A stretch of 64,000 nucleotides of DNA. It comes from Eledone cirrhosa (lineage: Eukaryota). The notes below the pieces were generated by a model, which was given only the letters and a program-made list of their open reading frames with translations, had not been told where the DNA came from and did not search any database. The stretch covers positions 8,246,001 through 8,310,000 of the forward strand of contig OZ024746.1 of NCBI GenBank assembly GCA_964016885.1. The letters are read 5' to 3'. Position 1 is the stretch's first letter, and every line of letters starts with the position of its first letter. A program made the position numbers and the translations under genes. Shown one piece after another: positions 1-11,541 of the stretch.

Positions 1-416
1 ATTTTGAGGGATTTAGTAATAAAACTTACTTTCTCATTAAGCTGGTTTCTGAAACAATTTAACAAATGTTCATCCATAAAATTATAGTGGAAGGTTTTTA
101 GATAAATATCTCTGGCTTGTCTGGGAGATCAGTAGCCACCACTTCAGTATTGCCTTTGTCTATGTAGACCTGTCCAACCCTCGCTAACAGGGAAAGTGGA
201 CATTGAAACGACGATGATGATAAACACTTAAGCAGTTGAATGTCGTAGGGGTAGTTTCTGGTGATTTGGTATCTAATGGGTTAATGATGCAAGGAAACTA
301 TATTTTTATACTCAAAGAGTATTGAAGCTCAAAGTTAGATCAGAATCTGAGGGTTTTGTGTGAATTTTTAATGCATCACCTGTCATTTGAGCATATTGTT
401 ATTGTATTTTTTGCAG

Positions 417-534
417 GTTACTAAAACTGAGTTTGATCTTCATCCCAGCCAGTTGATGAAACATCCACAAGCTGAAATGTTGGATGTATTCATGAATATA
501 CTATTATCTTATATACAGAATGTTGCCTATAATT
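417..534 (+). CDS. RRN3: RRN3/TIF-IA internal exon (first in window)
   Basis: ttgcag| acceptor and |gtaagt donor. Encodes VTKTEFDLHPSQLMKHPQAEMLDVFMNILLSYIQNVAYN, resembling the RRN3 HPxAExLDxxMxxxLSY segment. Ends in phase 1, matching the next exon. Confidence 0.85.
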
Positions 535-949
535 GTAAGTGTATTGTGTAATGTTCCTTCTGTAATGTATGGCTTATATTGTTCTGATGGATTGTATGTT
601 TTTTATGCAAGATATAATACTTGTACCTATAACAATATCTATGTCAGCTCTCTCTGCTTTGATATTTTACTGCCAAATCTGCATTGAGGGGTTATTGGTC
701 AACAAGTTGATATTTACATTGTGTGTGTGTGTGTGTGTATCCTTCCATATACTGCAATAGATTTTAAGTAAATTAGGAACTCTATTCAAAGAGAGAAAGC
801 CTTTTTCACCTCCTCTATGATACACCTATATACTTGAATATGTGACCCAAAAAATCAATGGTAGAAGGGGGTTGGCTTATATTTGGGGGTCAATATTTTG
901 ATGATTTTTCACCAATTTCAAATTAATTTTTGCCCATTACTCACACAAA

Positions 950-1123
950 ATAATTTTCTACTTTTGGCACAAGGCCAGCAATTACCCAGTACTTTATTTT
1001 ATCGACCTTGTAAGGATGAAAGGCAAAGTTAACCTTGGCAGGATTTGAACTCCGATCGTAAAGGGACGTAACTATGCTGGAAAGCATGTCCGACCCTCTA
1101 CCGATACTGCCAATTCATCGCCC
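950..1123 (-). mobile_element. tRNA-head SINE with Meta-like central domain (family A)
   Basis: Reverse complement of the recurrent unit TGGCAGTATCGGTAGAG (A box) ... GTTCAAATCC (B box) ... CTTTCATCCTTACGGGGTCGATAAAATAAAGTACCAG ... GGCCTTGTGCCAAAAGTAGAAAC. Inserted in a Tc-type MITE remnant. Confidence 0.85.
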
Positions 1124-1228
1124 TCAAACACAAAATATTGATGTCAGTTTACATTTGAGTATATTTGGATGAATTTATCATCACATCAGCACTACTATTT
1201 TATTTACAGAGTAATCTTTTTTTTTCAG

Positions 1229-1398
1229 CTTTTGAGAATTCTTCATTACTAGATGATAGTATGCAATGTAAAATTGATTGGCCTAGTTGTAAAAAACTAT
1301 ATCGAGAATTACTATTTATATTTGAGAATGTCATCTTACCAACCCACAAGACATGCCATGTACAGTTTTTCATGTTTTATATCTGCAAATACCACATT
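1229..1398 (+). CDS. RRN3: RRN3/TIF-IA exon
   Basis: Poly-T cag| acceptor and |gtaagt donor. LYRELLFIFENVILPTHKTCHVQFFMFYIC is the hallmark RRN3 LPTHxxCHVQFFMFY motif. Confidence 0.95.
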
Positions 1399-1478
1399 GT
1401 AAGTGATTTCATTTTTATATTTATTCTTGTTTACCTCTTGTATCTGTTGTATATTAATTATTTTGATATTTTTTGAAA

Positions 1479-1690
1479 CCCTTTCGTTAGCATATTTTTA
1501 ATGAATCACACTACCTATAATTTTGACAGAAATGAAGAGTTTGGAGGGATTTAGTAATATAACTTTCACATTAACTAAACTGGTATTTGGAACATAACAA
1601 AGATGCTTACATGAAATTATAACGAAATGTTTTAAACACTTTAAAATAATTTTGTATTGCAGAATGAGAGGCAATTTGGTATCAAAAGGG
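1479..1690. mobile_element. piggyBac-derived MITE
   Basis: Starts CCCTTTCGTT and ends AAAAGGG+TTAA. Internal GAGGGATTTAGTAA core is shared with copies at 1-283, 2733-2919, 5577-5791 and 15825-16016. Confidence 0.75.
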
Positions 1691-2496
1691 TTAAATATGC
1701 TAAATTTTCTCACCTACTTGTGTAGATTTGTACATCTACTGAGATATTGTTGTCACTACTTCAGCAAGTACAGTAAAGACTATCCTTAGCTGAGGAAGTT
1801 CAAAATATTTCTCTGAGTTGTCTCCAGTACTTGGAGTAATTATTAAAATATTACTTGCTGAGCTTGTGTTGTCTTTTCCTCATCCCATAACTATTTCTAA
1901 TTACCATAAATACTTGTATGGTAATTATCCAAAATTAGACAAAAATTCACTGATAAAATAATGGGGTAGACTTTATTTTGTTGATATCAATTTTTTACAT
2001 CCACGTAAAAAAAGGTGCCAAAATACCTGAAGTTATTGCTTTACAAAGAAACAGATATACTACATTTTAGAAGTATTTCTACAGAAGTTTCTAGTATCAC
2101 GGGCCTTTATTTACGTTTTCATTTTAAGGCATGATTCATTGGATTTGTATGTAAAATAAAAGCTTGTTATATTTGGAAGCTGGCCTTACTGTTGTCTGTT
2201 AAAAACAAACAAATTTGAGAAACTTGTTGAAACTTTATAAAATGGATGAAATGGTAAAAAAAATCATTATGTAATGTAGTTGTGAAACAAAAATATACTC
2301 TAAGCCTTTTTGGATATCAAAATATTAAAACTTTATAAAAATATTCTCCACTACTTGGGGTAATTTACAAAATGATGGCATTTAAACAATGTGTTGATTA
2401 GCTGCATTGGTTTATACAGTTTCTGGATACTTGCCCATTTCTCTGAGAATTGGGGTTGGTTTATGCAAGAGTATGTACAGTAGATGTTTGATGTTT

Positions 2497-2673
2497 CAGT
2501 ATTGGTAGAAGGTTGGACGCCATGCTTTGCAGCATAGAATTACGGCCCTTTACAGTCAGTTCAATTCCTGCCGAGATTAACTTTGCCTTTCATCCTTACA
2601 GGGTCGATAAAATAAAGTACCAGTAATGCACTGGGTAATTGCTGGCCTTGTGCCAAATGTAGAAACAATTATT
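2497..2673 (+). mobile_element. SINE family A copy
   Basis: Same central domain and GGCCTTGTGCC...AGAAACAATTATT tail as the other copies. Confidence 0.85.
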
Positions 2674-2732
2674 TACAGGTTGTCTGTAGTTTGATAAGAG
2701 TAAGTTTGTTGGCCTTGTCTACCACCTGTTAA

Positions 2733-2919
2733 CTCTTTTGATACCAGACTGAAATTACCCCTAATTCTATGATACAGAGCTGCTTATTTAAAAGTATTTA
2801 TATTTATCTAAAAACCTGTTTTAATTTTATGTTAGAACCTTTTAAACACCAACTGGTAATATAACTAAATCCCTTCAAATTATTCATTATATTCAAAATT
2901 AGAAATATGGTAACAAAGG
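2733..2919. mobile_element. piggyBac-derived MITE (opposite orientation)
   Basis: TTAA+CTCTTTTGATACCA ... TGGTAACAAAGG, with the internal core reversed relative to the 1479 copy. Confidence 0.6.
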
Positions 2920-3150
2920 TGAGAGAAATACCCTTTGTTTGGAATGTGTGAATATGCTCTTTAATGTGTTGTGAGCCTAGTGTAATTCATTTTGATACCA
3001 AACAAACCTGCTATAGTACTATACATGTCTCCTTCCCATATTATATATATATATAGTCCATATATACATATAGTACATATATATGTTTATGTATATATGA
3101 AATTTAGTTGTATTTTTTGTAAGTTTATCATTTAAAAAATATATTTTTAG

Positions 3151-3281
3151 TTGCTATGTGATGGATTTTTGGATTATCTTTGGAAAAAATTCAGCAATCC
3201 CAATACTGCACCAATTTTCAGAGTCACCTGCAGTTCGTATTTGGGCAGTTTTCTTGCACGCTCAAAATATATACCTGTCAG
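3151..3281 (+). CDS. RRN3: RRN3/TIF-IA exon
   Basis: tttttag| and |gtttgt. FLDYLWKKFSNPNTAPIFRVTCSSYLGSFLARSKYIP matches RRN3 FLxxLWKK...YxGSFLARAKFIP. Phase 0 to 2. Confidence 0.95.
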
Positions 3282-4348
3282 GTTTGTTTTAATTTCTTTT
3301 CTTCTGAATATTCTGTGTCTAATCCTTTCTATTACAAACATCACTTTCTTTTATGGTACTGTTTAACTCTTAACATCCTGTACCACATGAAACTGCATTA
3401 GCAGGCTATTCTTCAAACACATAGACTTCATTATAGGAAGAATTAAATCCTTTATCATAATGAAGCAAATTTTTGTAGTATTTGTCCACTATTAAACATA
3501 GTAAAAGTGGGCGAATTGGCAGAGTTGTTAGAATGTTGGATAGAATGCTTTGCAGTATTTTGGTTCGTTGCTCTCAGTTTAAATCCCGCCGACCTCAGCT
3601 TTGCCTTTCACCCTTTTGTGGTCGATAAAAAAAGTACCAGTCTAGTAATGGGGTCGATACTTCCTCTATATTTCTTTCTCACTTCTATTCTGTTGTTCTC
3701 TATCCTTCTCTGGAAGAAATCTGCTGTATTCCGACCTGGAGAGATGAGCTCTGCCAGGTTTAAAAATACCCTAGAAATGCTGAATGTCATATGGTGTGCC
3801 TGCAACTCCCCCCAGAGTTATGGAACCATGCGAACATACTAAATCATTACATCATGTTGAAAGTTAATTTTTTTTACTGTCCGTTAGAAGTGAAGGTGTA
3901 GTGTTAGGGTGTTGTATTCACTATCATAAGGTCATGTATTTGATTACTGGACTGGGTAGGGCAGTGAGTTTTTGAGCAAGATGATTCATTTTACATTACT
4001 TATGATAGAATTGGAGACCATATTAAAACACCTGAGAAATCTCTTATGGTACGCAACCTCATAGGAGGCCAGCTAAATTTGCATAGGTGGGAAGAGTAAA
4101 TTTCATTTTTTTTATTTGTAGTTCCCAAGGGGTTTTAAATGCTTGGAATAATCCAGAAATTATTTGGTTCAAATTTACAGTTGCTTTTGGATTAATCCTC
4201 TTAATACATTATGCTGGATCTATTAAACTGAAAATATATACTGCTCTCTCTCTGCAGTGTTAGAAAGGGTATCCAGCAGTCATTTTGTGTTGCTTAAATG
4301 CATAAGGATCTTTAATTGAAATTATGTTGGAATAAGAATCTTGATATA

Positions 4349-4493
4349 TCACTATTTCCTGGCGTCGAAGATGTTACTTTTTCCCTAAAATAAGTCTACC
4401 ATGCGTCCTGGAGGCCGAAGGTTGTTTATTATTTAAAAAAAAAAATTTTTGGTTGTCACAATTAGGGTGCGTCCTTGGTGCCGGAAAATACGG
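4349..4493. mobile_element. Tc2/pogo-type MITE
   Basis: Right end GCCGGAAAATACGG+TA; degenerate left end CTATTTCCTGGC. Confidence 0.5.
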
Positions 4494-5082
4494 TATATAT
4501 GTCCTATTGCTGGTGGTATGATAAAATACACCTAGTCCACCTTATCAGATGGTGGTGCTGGTGCCAATTTAAAAAGCACCCAGTACCCCAATACATGTGA
4601 AGTGGTTGGCTTAAGGACTAAAAACCATGCCAGAATGGTATATATCAGTGAGCTGCAGTCATTTGACTCGTCTAGCTTCACTGTGATAATCCATGCAAGT
4701 ATAAAAAATGGATGTAATATAAGGATGATGCGGATGTCCTCTTTACCATTTCTTGCAGTTGTAAATTGAACTGTTGCTCTACTAAACTTGCTACCTGTAC
4801 TCCCCCACACTGCCTCTGTACTCTCTTGTATTTTAATTACCTCTTTACTCCCCATACATCGATTACCTCCCTCCCCTTTTTTGCTGTCAGCACTGTTTTG
4901 TGAGTAACAAACAGTATGATCAGTCCTTTGTTGTAAAGCCCACCCTTCAGAACACTTTAATTCTACTCTAAAACCTCATGGACATTCCTGTTATTTGTTA
5001 ATAAAATGATACCGTGTAATAAAATGTCGATAAAAGATATTTGCTTTTATGCACATTTTCTGTGATATCTCTTCTTTTTCAG

Positions 5083-5264
5083 TTCTTTGATAGTATGCCT
5101 TGAAGTGTTCTGTCAATGGATACATGACTATATTGACATGGCTAGTAGCAACAGGGATCAGAAACCAGCATTTCTTAAAAACCATGAAGCATTTTATTAT
5201 TTATGCCAAGCTGTATTTTATATATTGGTCTTCCGTGTCCGTGACATTCTTGATTCTGAAAAAG
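5083..5264 (+). CDS. RRN3: RRN3/TIF-IA exon
   Basis: cttctttttcag| and |gtaaga. CLEVFCQWIHDYI...HEAFYYLCQAVFYILVFR matches RRN3 HxxFYxxCQAVFYxxVFR. Phase 2 to 1. Confidence 0.95.
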
Positions 5265-5576
5265 GTAAGAATGAGGAGTAACTTTTCTATTGTTTTCATT
5301 ACCACTTTATCATAGTGTGATGTTGTTTGGAAAGCTTTATATTGAGTGGCATATTATGGTCTGTTCTGTTAGTCAAAATGGTGTATTGAGTTGCATGTTG
5401 ATATCTCTAAGATAGACTATTACAGGTGCATCCCCTTTTATTACCATATTTTTAATGGGAGATGCTGCCATCAACATAATCGTTTAACACACATTTTCCA
5501 CATTAGCATGGGTTCAATGTATTTCAATTCAGTTTGAAAATAATCAAGAATGTGGAGTAATTTTTTTCAATATTAA

Positions 5577-5791
5577 CCCTTTCATGTCTATTTCTTATGA
5601 AATACACTTCTATTTCAATTAATGAAGAATTTTGAGGGATTTACTAAAATTATTATTTCATTACTAAGATAATGTAAGTTTCTTATATAAAGTTATGTTG
5701 GAAGAATTTAATTTAAATTGGAAACCTTTAAAATGAGTGATTTTATTTCATAGAACCAGAACTGGGTTTAGCTGGGTTGCTAACGAAAAGG
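5577..5791. mobile_element. piggyBac-derived MITE
   Basis: TTAA on both sides (5573-5576, 5792-5795), with CCCTTTC... and ...AACGAAAAGG ends. Confidence 0.8.
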
Positions 5792-6213
5792 TTAAATTGA
5801 TTTTGGAATATAACTTTAGAAAGGGTCTTACATCATCATCGTTTTTACGTTTGCCTTCCCATGCTTGCATGTGTTAGGCAGGTCCTTATCAGCACAGCAT
5901 CTCTCCACATGTCGCAATCCTTTGTCATTGTCTCTGTGATTATGATGGAAGAAAGGTTTTTAGATAAATATAAACACTTTTGTATCATAGATCTGGATTT
6001 GATTTCTGGCAGTTTGCTATCAAAAACAGAATTGACTTTCAAAAATACCAATGAAAGAACTAGCAATGCACCCAACATATTTTGTTATCTTCATAAGGCA
6101 TGATAGAAAATTAATATTTTTAACAGTTAAGCTTATTTTTCTGCCTGAACACTTTGTATTTGAACTAAAGAAATTGCCTCAGCAGTTGTTTTTCTTTTTT
6201 TTGTATTTTTCAG

Positions 6214-6322
6214 CCATTAAAAGAGCTCTTGCTTGGAATTTTCAACGTATCATTACTTGTTATTTAAATCCTTTCAAGTTCTGTATGCCTCAACTAGTAG
6301 AGAAGTTTGCTGCAATAACTGA
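6214..6322 (+). CDS. RRN3: RRN3/TIF-IA exon
   Basis: Poly-T cag| and |gtatgt. NFQRIITCYLNPFKFCMPQLVEKFAAIT matches RRN3 NFxRIxxxxLNPLKxC...FAAIT. Phase 1 to 2. Confidence 0.95.
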
Positions 6323-8592
6323 GTATGTAATACTTCTTTCTATTATCTCTTTTTTTTTTGTTCTGTTTTGTCATGATAGAACATTTCCATGTGTTTGGCT
6401 TGTAGAGACTTTCATGGTAGTGTTCCATGTCTTTAGCTTGTACAGAACTATTGTCGCCATTGGTATCTACAAAGCCTTAAGTTACACCTGACTTGTGAGC
6501 CCATTCCCTTTCCTCCTTGTTGCTCACCAGTTGAAGGCAGCAAAATGGTAGAATTATTAGGGCATTAATTAACCCTTTCATTGACACATTTCTGAGAGAC
6601 ACTGGCTTTTAAAAATAGACAAGACTCAGGAGGGGGTCGAGTCAAATAACTAATCTTCCCATTATTCATTTGTTGTTTGGAACACCAGCGCGTGGGCCCC
6701 TATTTGCTCATAATAGTGAGAGATGGGGAAAGACGAGGCCGTGGGAGTTTGGTTCCCTTGTGATCAGACCTCGTGTATATGTATGTTTCACACTCACACT
6801 GAGGCTGTCTAGTTATCTCTCTTTACGATTTTCTTTTGTAGACTTGCGTTTAAATTTTCGATTGACTTCCATTTACAGTGATGAGACTTGCCAACTCTTG
6901 TCAAGTTTGCAAGACATGAATTGCACAGTTGGTTGTGATTACATAACAAAAGTGCTTACATAGAATTATGATGGAAGTGTTTTTAGAGAGAGAGATAATC
7001 AAATTAAACAGTTTTGTATCAGAACAAGCAAGTTTCAGGTGGTTTGGTATCAAAAAGGTTTAAATGTCTTGTGGTTTTTGTTCTCTGCTTTGAGTTCAAA
7101 TGTTGCTATAGTCATCCTTTATAGTTCAATAAATTAAGCACCAGTTCAGGGCAAAAGATTGGCAGAATTGTTAGAGAGCATCGAATGAAAAGCTTTGTGG
7201 TATATATCTCCAGTCACTATGACTTGGTTTCAATATGCTGGGTTATTGTGAAAAATTCTGAACCGATTACTCAGCAATTTAATAAGTATTTTCCTAAAGT
7301 TTCCTGCATTGCATTTATGGATTTAGCAAATTGCAAGAGGAATAACTCATTACATTGTTGGGAGGGAGTTATTTACCTTGGTTTAGTTAAAAGTAAAATA
7401 AGAACTTGAAAGCTTGACTTGGGGAGGATTTGAAATAAACTGTTGTAGGAATAAATATGACAGTGGATATATCTTACTCAAATTCCAGATCTAATCGGCT
7501 AGATTTGTTACATTTTTCTGAAGGAAGAATTATGGTTGAAGTATTAATTTTAGTTGGTTGGTTTGTTATTTTTTCCATGTTTTTCACTGTAACTCAGTTT
7601 AAGATTATTTCTACTGTATTGGTACCTGATGAGAAAATGTATATCTTAAAGGCCAGATACATTTAAACCAGCCATACCTGGCCAGAATTCTCTCACGTCC
7701 TTCTGTTCAAACTAATTGTAACTGGCCACTCATACTGACGTTAATGTATTATTCCCAAAATAAATATCAAAATCTCGTCAATTTGATATTATGTGAGATA
7801 AAACCTTTTCTGTGAAAATACAATAGTAAATATAGAGTAATGTGAATGCTAAAGGGTTATATTTAAGGAGTCTTAGGTAGGTGTGAGTCTATTAATATTG
7901 CAATAGCATGTGTATCTATGATTTTATGCTAGTTTCTTGTGCTTTATTGTTGTTGGGGTGGGTATTTCTTTACTTGCTAATAGGTTAGAAATTATTTTAC
8001 TGATATTTTTAATTAGGTTTTTGACAACTGACAATGGGAGGAATCTATATTAATATATTTGAGTCATTAGGTTTGATATGTGGTTTAAGTGTCTATTTAG
8101 TCTGGAACTAACTGTTGAAACAGTAAAGAGCTCAACTGTCAGGGTCCTGACTCATTCATATATATATATTTATATCCATGTGTGTATTTACATCTGAATC
8201 TCTGCTGATTATCTGGTTTATGACATTGTTTTACTTTGTTGTGTTTTTCATGGCTTGCACATAGCCTACACTTAACTGTTGATATCCTTTAAAAGTTCAC
8301 CTGAAAATATCTGAAAAAGGATTTGTTAATTTGAATATTTATAGTAAGATTACTTGTGGATAGGTCATTGTAAAAACTGACAATATTTTATATTTGTAAA
8401 GAAAAGACTTCAATTTTTAATGTGATGCTTTGATGGTTCTGTTGTGCTAATTTGTCTTTCATGGTGTACAGGACATTAAGGGTTAAAGTGACTATCAGTT
8501 CAGTGTCATGTAGAGTTTTATAAAGTATCTTTTGGATAACATTATTCAACTACAATACACAATCATAACAGCTGTCTGAAATTCTGAATTTA

Positions 8593-8783
8593 CCATATAT
8601 ACTGGAATATAAGCTAAGGAATATGTGACCAAAATATCAATGGTAGTGGGGGTCAGCTTATATACACTGTCTAAACAATGTGTAGATTAGCTGCCTCAAC
8701 TTATAAATGGGGTTTGGATTTTTTACCCATTTCTCAGGCATAAAATATGTGGGGTGGGTCAGCTCATATTTGAGTATATATGG
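8593..8783. mobile_element. Tc2/pogo-type MITE
   Basis: TA flanks and TIR CCATATATACT / AGTATATATGG. Related pieces lie near 820-900 and 2430-2480. Confidence 0.65.
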
Positions 8784-11336
8784 TATACATTATCATAAAC
8801 TCAATAAAGCGTGTTGAAGATTTACAATTGTAATAATCAGCTAAAAACACTAGCATGGAATCAAATAAAAATCTTGAACAGAGACATGGCTAATACAGTT
8901 TAACTAAAATCTGTTCATAGATGATGTTAAACTTGACCTAGATGTGTCAAAATTCCTTGTATTATATGATTTCCATTCAATGTTGAAACTGAAAGATATC
9001 TTATATATATATATATTACAATTTAAGATTGTTTTATTTGTAGGCTTAAGGGGGGGGGGGGCTGTTGTAAAAATAGACATCTTAAGCTAGTTTAAAATTT
9101 CTGAATCTAAGGCAAAATCAAGGAAAACCAGATGATTTCCTTCAAAGTCGATTGTGAATGCTTTTTGAATGTAAACTGTTTTATTAACAGCCTAAAATAT
9201 CCATCTAACACCTGGTTAGATAGATATTCGCGACATTCTAACCACATGCCCGTAGTATCAGAGCTGTGATCTCTCAATTCGGAGAGGTAGAAGCTCTACC
9301 TGGAGTGACTCTCTGTAGCCTTGTTTTTAAAATAGTGTATCTTTGTTGTAGTCGACTAAAACAGTTGATGTCTGGAGGGGCATCCAGCTGTAAAACATTC
9401 TTGAAATATCTCATCCAACCCATACCAGCATGGAAGAGCTGACATGAAAAAGATGATGATGATGATGTGCATATTAGTGCATGTCTGGCATCTTCAGCAG
9501 ACAGTAGTAGTAGTAGTAGCTTCTTTTGATTAGATTGGACAAATTATATTACAAGGGCAATATAATGAAGTTTGCCGTAGATGCTCATTATCTTATTGAT
9601 GCTGGCAGAAACACAACCTGGATTAAAGATAAAGAAGAAAATATTGTGATAGCATCAATTGAACAAATAGCTTCTAAATATCCTCTGCCAAGCATGTATT
9701 AATTCTGATAATGTTATCAGGTTGACATGGGGGCCAACTTCTCCATTGCCTATAGACATGCCACTTGATAATGTGATCCCTTGTAGGTTTTCTAGGGCAA
9801 ATTTAAAACTTGGTGGAGCTCATCTCACCAGGTCTGAATACAGCAAATTTGTTCGAGAGAAGGATACAATGAATGAGAGAATGGACGTGAGAAAGAGATA
9901 TCGAGGAAGAATAACCTCGGTACTTGACTGGTAATTTTTTTTTTTTTGACCTCGAATGGATACAGCAGTTTTGTTCCATGCTACTGATAATTCAATATCT
10001 AACAGCACCCATACTGCCAACACTATGCAATGGAAATCACGGTAATCCTCACAATGTAAAGAGTTGTAAGATTGCTAAGAGAAATATAACAGGAATCATC
10101 TTCTGTGGCAGGAGTAATGTTATATTTCTAGTCTCCTATTATTAACATGTAAATGTATCCATTTACATTTTAATAATAGGAGACTAGAAATGAGAGCTAG
10201 ATGTTTATTGCTGTCATATTTATAGTATTCTATGATTAATAAGTAAATGTATCTCGTCAACATCTGTACACTATATCTATCTACATACATGGTTTGTGAT
10301 ATCATTTTTGTGCTGATGTTTATGGTATTGTATACATTTTGTGTGCTTGTATGTGGTCAAGACTATTTAAATTGGCCTTATCCAGCCAGAATTCTCTTCT
10401 CTCTTTCTGTTTAATCCGGCCCAAACCGGCCTTTCACACTGATGTTATATAATTTTAAAAATAGATGTCATCAAAAACTTGTAAATTCGAGATAATGCAA
10501 GATAAAGCATTTACCACAAATATACAAATATACATAATTGTAAATTCTTTATATTTACACTCCTACTGAGAAAATTTCAAGTCCGCACAGAAAATTAACA
10601 AAGTGATCTAATATTCTAACAATTCCACCAATGCTGTGGACTTATACTTTATTCTGTCAACTTGAAGGCAAAGTTGCATTTCAACTGTGAGTAGACATTC
10701 AAAACATATCACAACATATTTTGTTCTAAGCTCTAATGACTGTCAGTTCACTTTGGTTAATATTGGTCTTAACAGATGTCGGATGATTTCAACTTACTCA
10801 TAGGTACAGATATAATTGTGTAGTTAAGGAGTTTGCTTCACAACCACATGGTGTCAGGTTCAGGCCTACTGTGTGGCTTCTTCAGCAAGTGTCTTCTACT
10901 TTGAGGTTCACCAATGTCAGTGAAATTTGGTGTAGAATCCTGTCAATAGCTGCTTCATAAAAAGATATTTCATAAAATACTAAATATGGAAAAAAATAAG
11001 TACTGGGATTGATATAACTGACTAAAAAAATCCTCGAATCTAGTGCTCCATCATGGTCACGGTCTGACAGGCCTCCAAAATTATAAAAGAATTTACTGTT
11101 ATAGACATATGTAATTATTGTAAACATAGCAGTTGTTCTCACCTCACACTTCCTGTTTTATCACTTTTAGCCATATATATCTAACCTGGCACCTTCCTTA
11201 TAAATCTTAAGGCCATGTCCCTAGCAAAAGCAGGGATTTCACTTGGACCCCATGGCAAGTTTTCCATTTCCCCCAAAAACCTGCACCCCCTCCTCGCCAA
11301 CTTCCTGGCTTTAATTTCCTCTGTTATCATCTTTAA

Positions 11337-11541
11337 CCCTTTAACATTTAAACCAGCCATATCCAGCCAGAATTCTCTCACCTCTTTCTGTTCAAACTGG
11401 CTGTAACTGGCTGCTCATACTGACATTAAGGTATTGTTCTTAAAATTAATAATATCAAAACCTCATAGATTCGATATTGTGAGGTAAAGCCTTTGCCACA
11501 AAAATACAATAGTATATATCGAGTAATATAATGTTAAAGGG
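11337..11541. mobile_element. second TTAA-flanked (piggyBac-type) MITE family
   Basis: TTAA+CCCTTTAACATT ... AATGTTAAAGGG+TTAA. Partial copies near 7660-7858, 10365-10520 and 13078-13210. Confidence 0.8.
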
